From contig JAQFVV010000007.1 of assembly GCA_028023455.1 (NCBI GenBank), positions 14,880,001 to 14,944,000 on the forward strand: a stretch of 64,000 bases of DNA, written 5' to 3'. Of this stretch, positions 54,300 to 64,000 are shown one piece after another. The notes beneath the pieces are model-generated. The model was not told the origin of the DNA. It saw nothing but the letters and a program-made list of their open reading frames with translations, and made no database searches. The stretch is from Epiperipatus broadwayi (taxonomy: Eukaryota > Animalia > Onychophora). Within the stretch, counting starts at the first letter, position 1, and each line of letters starts with the position of its first letter. The translations under genes were made by a program, and so were the position numbers.

Positions 54300-54570
54300 T
54301 CATGCTTCTGGATGAAAATGAAGTCTAAGCCCCCCTTCTTGGGCAGTGCTTAGAGAAAAGTGAATAAGGCATGTCATGACATCGGCGACATGCAGGCCTT
54401 TGATATGAAAAAAGTGGATAGGTATAATGTGTGCCAGACTTATGGGAATCACAACCAGAGGCCTTGTTATATGAAATAAATGGTCCTGGGAAGATTAACT
54501 ATTTTCAGGACAAGGCTTGAGAAGAAATCTATGGGTTCAAACTTGTCGTAATCCCCAGATTAAGAAGCAC
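54300..54570 (+). pseudogene. Possible Gypsy LTR-retrotransposon RT fragment
   Basis: IGDMQAFDMKKVDRYNV resembles CGDYRxLNxxTxxDRYPxP, followed by a G..TIF segment. Heavily decayed. Confidence 0.4.
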
Positions 54571-54694
54571 ATATATATAATCACAAAGATAAGGCCAAAT
54601 GTCAGTAAAGCAGTATGGGTAAATGTTACTATTTAAAACTAAATGACTCTAGTTTGAATGCCATAATTTATATAAATAAGATGCTATGCCACTA

Positions 54695-54696
<2 letters not shown>

Positions 54697-54747
<51 letters not shown>
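54697..54747. repeat. (TA)n(GA)n microsatellite
   Basis: Direct reading. Confidence 0.95.
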
Positions 54748-54748
<1 letters not shown>

Positions 54749-57616
54749 TTAGATTTCATTTAATAAAATATACGTTAAGATTTGACCCCCTCCTTTTCTG
54801 CTATTTAAAATAAATCAATCCCATCTTCATTGATTTTATAATAACTGGAATATTTAAGTACTGTATTTGATATTTGAAGAGTAAATAACAAAAGACTAGC
54901 AGTTATATAGAAAACAAATAATCAGTCACCTTTTCAGAATTGAATAACATTTATAAAATAAATAAGGTTTCAAAATGTTAATTAGCTTGAGATCTGGATT
55001 CACCCTGGGTAAAAAATCCAGAGTTAAACAAATATATATTTTTTATATTAAAACATAAATAAAATGTTGGTCATAAAACAATCTGGCAAGTGTATGAATT
55101 AATAATGCTTTATGTTTTAAGGTAACATTAATAATCTCAATTCATGAAGGTTTACTTAAAAGAAGAGAAAATTTCAGAAATTCAACTCATCAGATTGCTT
55201 GAGACTGGCATATTAATAATAAAAACATACATATAAATAAATAACCACACCAGAGATTAAAGAAAGTTAGAGCATATGAGAGAGAATTAAATTTATAGAA
55301 ATCATTTGAGAGCAATTACATATTAGAAAAGTTACAAAATTTAATTATACATTAGGAGAAATTGATAGTAGAGTTTGAGATTAGTTAGACTAGTTTTACT
55401 TGCAACTTGAAAATTTACCTTGCACTATTTTAAGAGTCCATATTTTAAAGTCTGCTCATGTATGGCTATTGGTTCTTAAATAACAGCAAGTTTTTATTCA
55501 GCATTCCACAATTCTCCAGTCAGGCTTTTACTTCATTCTATGGGAGCATGATATAATGACAGCAGAAGATGACCCTCATGGATCAGAAAGGTGATGAGCT
55601 TTCTATGCTTACATTTCAAAACAACTTGGATTCAGTTAACTGTACAGTTCTCTCAATAGTAGCTAATCTCTTGGTGATTTAAAATTCAGCCATTTTATAC
55701 ACTGCTCAGGTATTTCTGGAATGATTTTTAATTACTTAGTTTTAGTTCACAATCTAATCTCTGATCTTAAAATTCTTATTTTTTCTTTATCGATTGTTTT
55801 TGAAGATGCAACAGTAAGATAATGTCCAAAAATAAATTCAAATCTATTTCCAGATTAGAAATGGATTTGAGAAAAATGTTTATAACAAAAGTACAATTGT
55901 TAATCTTAATCCCATTTTATTTAAAGTAAAAACTTTAATTAAAAATACCTTCCCCAGATTAAAACAATAGTGTTTCCAACCCTTTAATTATTTTTGGACA
56001 ATCAACGGTTGCATCTTCCATCTTGAATTTTATAAAAGAGTTTAATAGGAAAAACAAGCAATTTAAAAAGAAAAAGTTTAAAAAATAATGTATAATAAAA
56101 TATTTAAAAAATCAATATTGTTAGTAAGTTTTTGTGCCTATATATATATGAGCCACATCTATAATACTTTAATAAAAAAGAACTAATAATTAATAAAAAA
56201 AAATAATAATAATTTTAAAAAATGTTATTGAAACGTTAAAATTTTATAACTTAAGTGTGCATCTCAAATATATACATAAAAAATATATACATGACAAAAG
56301 GAGCAGGATGGGATATAGGGTTTGAATACAGGTTAGTAGGTGGAAACACGAAGCTCAATCTTAAGCTAAGATTGACTGCTTCAATATAAACAATATTTTT
56401 AAAAATAATAATAATATAGTTATTAATAATAAGATGAGGGGACACATGTACATATATTTGACTGTGTGTCCACTCTGTCATTTATTGGAAAAATAGAAAT
56501 AAAACAAAAAAGTGCTGTATTTTTATTTTGAAACAAAGTAAATAGTGAAATATCTGAATTTTATCACAATTAAATATACTCTAAAAGATTTTTTTTTCAA
56601 GAATTTTTTTCTTATAATAATAACCTTATTTCCAAGAAACTATGGTCTATAATTGCTTTGATGGTTTTAAGTTATCAATTTTAAATATCTTGTGAAATTT
56701 CATAAAACTTTTAGCATTAGGCTTACAAAATAATTTATTATGCAAATTACTGAAAATCAAATTCGAATTGATACTAAAGGAAAAATAAAATGTGTTTGTT
56801 TTCAATAAAAACTGATAAAACTTTATTAATAAATATGATAATGTACAAAGGTTTATGATTTCTGAACAGCTGTTGGAATATTGTAAAATTTATTTACAAA
56901 TTTTATTTTTTTTTAATCATGCAGTGCTCGGAGATGAAACTATAACTGCTTCAGTATCATAAAAAGTTTTAAATTTATGAATTGATATAATTTTTTGTTT
57001 CTTTATTTACATTTTTGTTTGTTTATACTATTTTTAGATAGCTATATATGGAGTTGTGTACATTGATGCACCATAGTTTGGGACTTGACTATATACATGG
57101 CTATATTTTTAGTTTAGTTTAATATATTTTTTTAAGTGCAAGGTAAAGAAATTGATCATAAGAGTAAAAAAGGAACTAACTTGCTAAACACAATAATATT
57201 GAACTTTGTGGATACTTTAATAATTATAAATACAATTTTAAATTTACAACAGAATTTTGTAGCTTTATGGTGAATGAATAGTAATTTGTTAGCATATTAC
57301 AAATGAATTTTAATTAACAAAGATTTTGCTAATTTATTTTTTCCACAAATTTTGCAGTAATCATCAAATAAAAAGTAATTGTTCTTGTAACATATTCTAC
57401 TTCATGTCACTTTATATAATTTTTCACTATATTCACAAAATATAAATATAATATTTAGGATATTTTTTATGTGTAAACTTATGTTCCTAACAAATTAAGC
57501 TCAATTTATTGAATTCTAATATGGAAAAAAAGTTTAATTTTAAGACAGTATGTAATTTGCTTATTCAATGTTTTTTGAACTCAGAATTTTTTACTCTATA
57601 TCAAGCAAATAACAAA

Positions 57617-57752
57617 CATGACCACATAAACGCAAACTAGATAAATGATTTCCAATATATGTATTTTGTGCTGAACCAGCACTCATCAGTTGGTCCAGAT
57701 TACCATCTCCCACACATATATACAATCAGTGCTCAGTTTATATTAAGATAGC
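57617..57752 (-). mobile_element. Family D short repeat with HHR motif at 57652-57693
   Basis: Minus strand CCAA-CTGATGA-GTGCTG gtt CAGCAC-AAAA-TACATA-TA-TTGG. About 135 bp homologous to 60965-61102. Confidence 0.7.
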
Positions 57753-57774
57753 AATTTCCCAAACTTTATTGGAT

Positions 57775-58010
57775 ATGCTTCAATCTTCTCACCCTTCCTA
57801 ATCAAATGGTGAATGTTTATTAAAATGGTTGCAAGAGAGAACAATAGAAATGTTAACCTGTTGAAGAAATGGAAAATGGAAAAAAAATCTCACCCATGTA
57901 GAAAGATTATTCCAGTAAACAATAATGCCTTCTCTATTGTCAGGTTTCTGTGTGCAGAGAAGTTGAAAAGAATCTCTACTTTTGCAGCAAGCCATTTATG
58001 ACCATGTCAG
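57775..58010 (+). pseudogene. Possible Gypsy integrase fragment
   Basis: SSHPS*SNGE...RTIEML...W..NL resembles the HPQSNGxxERxNRTxKxML..W integrase motif. Confidence 0.35.
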
Positions 58011-58129
58011 CTACCTACTTTTTAATTAAAAAGTAACCAAAACAATAGAGATCACCCAATCTGCAGCTCATTATGGCAACCATTTAGTTATCATTAATGT
58101 ACAATTTATTATTCTGATCCACAATTATA

Positions 58130-58385
58130 CCCATAATATTCATGGAAAGAATGAAAAATCTGATATGGAGCTGTGCTGGACATATTACTAGAAGAGATTA
58201 TAATGGAAGGATAGTTGAATTATTAAATTGGATTCAAAAACTAGGAATAGACCACATGTGACATAGATAACTAAAATAAGAAATTTTGCTATTTTAACAC
58301 AGAAAAAAGGCTAGGGATTGGAGAAATTTGGAATTAGATTTGGACTTTCAACCTACAATGGATTGATAGTGGTTGAAAATTATGT
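58130..58385 (+). mobile_element. Degenerate RTE LINE 3' end
   Basis: GCTGGACATATT...AGACCACATGTGACATAGAT...GCTAGGGATTGGAGAA matches 41780-42000. Confidence 0.7.
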
Positions 58386-59477
58386 TCAGGCTGATGACAG
58401 AGTAAGAAAGCAGGCAAATATCAATGTACTAATTGATGGAGAAGGGTGGACGAAGGGAGAAATGTTGTAGCATTATTTTTATGCAAATTTATTTTGATGA
58501 ACTTTATTTTGTCAGTAGGTAAGCAAGATTTATTTATTCATTATGTTTGAAGCCAATTAGCTTTGTATTATAGGTGAAAGATAAATACCAAATACTTGAG
58601 ATGTTGGAGCAGCAAAGACATTCTTTACAGTTCTGATTATAATATATAATTAAATGAGATTACACTCATCAATGTACACACTATTTTTGACTCTCCTTGC
58701 CTGCTTCTTTACTAAGAATATTTTTTATTTTACTTTTGTTTAACATTCTACATAATTCTTTACTATACTTACAGAAGTTTTATACTTATAATAATATGTC
58801 AATCCATCTTTTTCTACAGTCAGTATCTTTTTTGACACATTTTAAAATTACTTCTATATTTAGTATGCCCTAATAAAAGATAGGTGACTGGAAATTGACT
58901 TTTTCTCCAATGTTCTGTAGTGGATTCTTTGAATCAACTCACATGTTATGTAGTGACATAAGTTAGCTATTTACTACCTACACTGTAAGATGCTAGTATA
59001 ATTGAATCATAAGTTATGACATGAAACATGTCACTGTGTTTCATGTTGGGATAAGATTCAAGCATTAAATTTTGTTCTAAATTAGCTCAAACTGTAAGTG
59101 AAATGTTTGAAATGATTTAAATTGTGCATTTTAATGAAGTCATGAGCCACAATATTTTTTTAACTGATTTGCACGATAAAAGTCCAAAACACACTGTCAT
59201 ATTTCATATTATAACCCTTGATCTAATAATGCTAGGTGTTTTAAAATTTTCCTAGTGAATAACTAGATTGTGTAACTGCATAATATATGCATGATTCATG
59301 AGAAGGTACTAAAGGCAGCTTGGAAAGCAAATCAATCACCTATATACTGAAGCACATTTTTATAATCCAACCTTATCCTTTTAATTAGATTTATGCATAA
59401 CATCAAGAAACTGCAATATTTTTTTTGCCTTTTCTAATAATAGAATCAACAACATTATATAAATAATAATTAAACGA

Positions 59478-59590
59478 TTTATTGCTTGAGGTTTATAAGA
59501 ACTTCATGCACCAGAAGTGGCAGAGCTAGGACCTAATCCATGACCCATGAGCTTCAGAAGCTACTATTGTATCACTGCATCAAACCCCAC
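59478..59590 (-). mobile_element. SINE-like copy
   Basis: TTTATTGCTTGAGGTTTATAAGAA is the reverse complement of the family tail. Confidence 0.5.
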
Positions 59591-60964
59591 AAGACATATT
59601 ATTTAAAAAAAATGTTGAATAAGCAGTTTTGAAAAAATATAATTTTGGCTGTCTACAGAATAAATTCACTCATTTATTGAATTATTTTATTGCAAATGTA
59701 AGAGCTGTTAGATGAAAAGCTAATAATTCCTTGATGAACCACCAACTGGATGAAATGTAAAAAATAAAAATATTAACATCTTATTGTGGAATTTCATGTT
59801 CTGGAGCACATGGCGCATGGTTCATAGTTTTAGCCTTTTCACATCCAGTGTTCAGACTTTTTATGAACACCTGAACAATAGTCCATTCTATTAAACATTT
59901 TATGTGTGAAAGTATTGTTTCATAGATCATTTATCACAATGGTAAATGGAAGGTTTTGGAGCTCAATGTCCAATAATCATAGCTCTATTTCAAGTTCTAT
60001 CTTGTGCAAATGTTTTAGAAACTCCTTAATAATAAATTATACAATCCTCTGAGATCTAATGCTGTAGTAGGATGATGGATTCTGGAACTCAAAATCCACA
60101 AAACACCAGTTCAACCTGTCACTTCAAATTCTAAAATATCTTACAAATGCCTGAACAATAAAACATTCAATTATTTTATATTGTTTTCAGATTGCCTGAA
60201 TGTTACATGACCTCTTAAAAAGTGATGCTATGATAAATATGAATACATGATTACCAGTCTAATTTTTTTTTTACTACATCTTCTATAGCTTTTAGATATT
60301 TATAGTCTTTATATTGTTTATTTACAAGTGTCTTGCTTTCAGACTTATTTATATCTCACCACTTTAGTTTTGCTTTTTTATCATACAAAATTCCTTTTAC
60401 ATCTCATTCCTGCTTAATATTTTGTGATATATATTGCCAAACTTTGGAAAGTCTTTAAAAATGCCCACTCCTCTTTCTCTTCCATTTTTTGTCATTGCTT
60501 GATTTGTAATACGTTAATACTTACTTCCTACAATCTGTCTTCAGGTAATGAATGTAATGCATAGACAATATCAATACATAAATTTGAAATTTCTTTTAAA
60601 ATGCCTCAAAATACCATGTCAAGTCAACAATGATAAGAAACTTTGCTATGTCTAAAAAAAGCCATGAAATACTTTATTTATATAAAATAAGAATGGTTGG
60701 TTTTGTTTTGAAGAAAGTCATATGTTGAGATGGCATATAGCACAAATGGAACAATATTCTGTTCATTCCCCCTTCTGTGTATTGAAATGGACTTAAGGAC
60801 CTACATATGAAGGGTCAGAATGATTTATAGTCAATATAGGTATGACAATGAAATTGGAAAACAAAGGTGTTGAACTTGCCATCATCAGATTTTCAATGAT
60901 GTGGGTGACTGAGAAGATGGAGAGTGAAGAAGATTAAAACCTGACCATTAATGTTTGAAGCATG

Positions 60965-61102
60965 TGCTATCTTAATATAAACAGAGCACTGATTATATAT
61001 ATGTGTAGGAGATAAGGACCCATACCAACTGATGAGTACTGAATCATCATGAAATGCATATATTGGAAATTATTTATCTAATTTGCACATATGTGGTCAT
61101 GT
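60965..61102 (+). mobile_element. Family D short repeat with HHR motif at 61025-61066
   Basis: CCAA-CTGATGA-GTACTGAATCATCAT-GAAA-TGCATA-TA-TTGG. Confidence 0.7.
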
Positions 61103-61309
61103 GTAACAGTTATATAAGGTGGAGTGGATGACTAATGGGAGCTTGAAATTCTAGGTTCAAATCCTCTCTAATAATAATAATAATGGTGACTCATAAATAA
61201 GTAGAGCCATTCCAGTTCAAAAACAAAAGGAAAAAAAGGTAAGAGAGAAAGATATCAATTCTAGAAATGAGTTTTGTAATAAATATACAAACCAATCCAT
61301 GAACCACAA

Positions 61310-61720
61310 ATACATCTATGTTTAAATATGCTGGTCCATTATTATGTTTATTTGATAATTTACAATGCTGTCTTTTAACTTGTTCAGCAGATAGTTTTTT
61401 TTCTGAAATGTTTCCACACCTTGTAGTTCTTCAATTTATTCTTTCCTCTGACATATCTTTCCAATGGAGAGGATTAACATTGCACTTCTTTCGAATGTCT
61501 TGGAGTTAATACTTATAATGTAAATGTCATCTACTTTTTCATTAAAATATACACAAATTCTCCATGAAGTATTTTATCTGAAAATCTTGCATTGTTCATG
61601 TGTTTTGATGTCCAATCCAATGAAGGTTTGATTTATTATAGTGGACTCAATAGTATGACGTCCACCATGTTGAAAAACATTTTGATTAATTTTATAATCT
61701 GGGATGCTTGAAAACAATAA
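61310..61720 (-). pseudogene. 3' fragment of a second RTE lineage (BovB/RTE-X-like)
   Basis: Minus strand, across frameshifts: HWIGH..MNNARFSDKILHGEF...VNPLHWKDMSEER...AEQVKRQ, matching the RWAGHVxRMxDxRLPKxxLYGEL...WExxAxDRxxW C-terminal pattern. Confidence 0.65.
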
Positions 61721-61936
61721 TAATATAATACTTCCACCATATCTGTATTATTTGGTTACAAACCTTCATACAAATTCTTGAAATCAGAAATAATTAACTT
61801 TATATAATAAACATTTTAACACATATACAGAAATTTAATAATATAATTTAAGTAAAAAGTATACATATTGTACTCCAACAAAAATAATTAATACAAAATA
61901 GAATAATTTATCTGTTAAAAAACAGTACAGTTAATA

Positions 61937-62255
61937 GTGTTTTCCTGAAGGGTTTGTGATGATGGTGTTTTAGTTGTATTTATATGTTGGACTATTTTCA
62001 TAATTTAATATGAGTATTGAAGGTCTTTAGAAAAAAATAATTTTATTCAAATATTTCCAATATTTTCAACTGTTAGTAATAACACACATTTTAGTGTTTG
62101 CACATTTGGTCAGGCCAGCAACACCTGAAGAAGAGGGGAGAATAATACTTCTTGTAACATAATGCATATACTAACCTATGTGCTATTAGTAACAGTTGAG
62201 TGTATTTGCAATATTTAAATAAAGTTAAATTTTTCTAAAGACATTAAATACTCAT
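61937..62255. mobile_element. Family B locus 2 with more decayed HHR (62122-62163)
   Basis: Same left end (GTGTTTTCyTGAAGG.TTGTGATGATGGTGTT) and right end (AATACTCAT) as 5245-5742; contains CACCTGAAGAAGAGGGGAG. Confidence 0.7.
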
Positions 62256-63419
62256 TTTAGATTATGGAAATAGTCCAACATATATGTACAAGTACAATTA
62301 ATACATTGTAATAATGAGTAACGAATAACCACATGATTTAATTATAGAGCATATTGACTGCACAGTACAAAGATTGGTTGACTGAAAATATGTTGCAAAG
62401 ATGGTCACATGTAAAATTTATGAGTTTAAATTTATAAATTTTTGATATTTTTTTGAAACCATAAAACCACTGAAATTGTAGATAATGAGAATTTACATAA
62501 CACAAAAATATTCTACTATTTTATATATTATTTGTTATTTTAGTTTCACTTCAAATCACTCATCAAGGAAACAACCAAAATATATCAAAATAATAAAAAA
62601 AATTAATCCCTAAAATGTATAAAAAAGAAAATAATTGATATAAGCAGTAAGAACACTGAGTAAAAAAACCTTAAGCTATGCTTACTCAGCATTTCTAGTG
62701 CTAATGTTAATTACAATTGTTTAAGAAAAGTAAACCAATATAATACAAAAAATGATTCTGAAATATAAAGTAATATTTAATATAATTCACCTTAGAAATG
62801 CAAACAGCTTTTTTTAAATACATTTCCTGTGTTGTATTTCACCTCTTTTTTTAACATTCATATAATAAATCTGTATTTATTTTATCTTTATAGTATATTT
62901 CCAATTTCCATTTTTTTGTTGCTTTTTTCTATTTATCTCACTATTTTTTATTGTATTATTTAAAATAAGACAATAAAGCCAATTACTTGAGGTTTTAATA
63001 GGTTTATAAATGAAGATGGTAACAATCAAGTTTTAAGCTAGCAACTATTTCAACCTGTATTCAAGGCAACCTCCTTTAACAATAAAGGTAGTACCTTTAT
63101 TGTTAAAAAATGTTTTCTTGACTACAAGTTGAGGTTGTCAATAGCGTAAGGGTAAATTGTTATTATTTAAAATAAAAATAGAGGTTGGTAATAATGATCG
63201 CAATTATGAGAACAGAGTAGCATACGGGTTTGGGAAAGGCAACCACAAACAATTCCTTTAGTCTATAAAAAAAGGTAATAAATATTTTTTAAAAATCCCA
63301 TTCCTAGTAAGACTAAGAATCAGACTAGTTTAATGGTCTATAACATAGGAAACTTGTGGTGTAAATAGTTTCTGGCTTTAATCTTAAACATCCATAAATC
63401 TGTTACATTTTGATATACC

Positions 63420-63620
63420 AATGTCAAACTTTCTGCACCCACAATTTTGATATCATCCACTTAAGATAAATACATTAGATTATTACTTACTATTTATTAA
63501 TCTAGAGATTGTTATATCTATTTTTTTTACTACAGTTTGATTTACAAGAGTCAAACTTCCTGCACTCACAACTATGACCCCATCCACTTAAGATAAATAC
63601 ATGCATGATTATTATTAATT
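63420..63620 (+). repeat. Diverged tandem duplication (period about 130 bp)
   Basis: TCAAACTT.CTGCAC.CACAA...CATCCACTTAAGATAAATACAT occurs twice. Confidence 0.75.
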
Positions 63621-63721
63621 ATTTATTAGGTTAAAGATTAACATATCATTTCTTAACTCAAATTCATTTGAATGCAGCTTTGGATTTCTAAAAACATGAA
63701 AATTATTCCAGCTAATGACAA

Positions 63722-63780
63722 TATACAGGAATCTATATAACAAGTGTGACTGTATACAGGAATCTATATAACAAGTGTCA
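63722..63780 (+). repeat. Short tandem duplication (period about 32 bp)
   Basis: TATACAGGAATCTATATAACAAGTGT occurs twice. Confidence 0.9.
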
Positions 63781-63939
63781 GTCACACAGCTAAAAATTAT
63801 ACATCATGTTCATATGGAAATGAAGAATTTACTTTAGCATAGCATCTTTATAATGATGAGTAAAAGTCTTAGTTTTCTATGATTCCTGTTGTTTGTGGTT
63901 CATGATCTCTATAGACTATGTATCTTTTGCATCTGACAT

Positions 63940-64000
63940 ATATATATCATTAAAAGCTAGTCAACACTTAGATAATCCCAATATCTATAACAATCAACAA
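63940..64000. mobile_element. Family E fragment next to (TA)n, running off the window
   Basis: TATATATCATTAAAAGCTAGTCAACACTTAGATAATCCCAATATCTATAACAATCAACAA, near-identical to 11830-11890. Confidence 0.7.

Noticed and set aside
57790-57995. Minus-strand exon pair separated by a 36-nt GT-AG intron
   Set aside because: The intron is implausibly short, the peptide is unrecognisable, and the plus strand is better explained as a decayed Gypsy integrase fragment.
58390-58420. CTGATGA-CAGAGTAA-GAAA
   Set aside because: No stem II pairing or flanking stem I; a chance match.

Overview
AT-rich, CpG-depleted animal genomic DNA (probably an invertebrate). I found no intact host gene; the window is almost entirely decayed mobile elements and simple repeats. 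Conventional content: a near-full-length but frameshifted RTE-clade LINE (39.1-42.0 kb) with at least six 5'-truncated 3' tails elsewhere, a second BovB/RTE-X-like LINE fragment, two back-to-back Penelope-like (PLE) remnants, a mariner transposase remnant, a Tc1/mariner-type non-autonomous element nested inside another copy of itself, weak Gypsy fragments, old tRNA-like SINEs, palindromic MITE-like elements and microsatellites. The main signal is RNA-structural. A young 399-bp tandem/inverted array (3197-4504) carries one type I hammerhead ribozyme (HHR) motif per full unit, i.e. a retrozyme-like non-autonomous element. At least three other unrelated small repeat families (two of which superficially look like MITEs) and both PLE remnants also carry intact or CpG-decayed minimal HHR cores. 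Many of these loci share a geometry of two divergent arms with 3' ends pointing outward, some ending in (TA)n tracts. All identifications were made by eye; none of the ribozymes has been tested or computationally folded.
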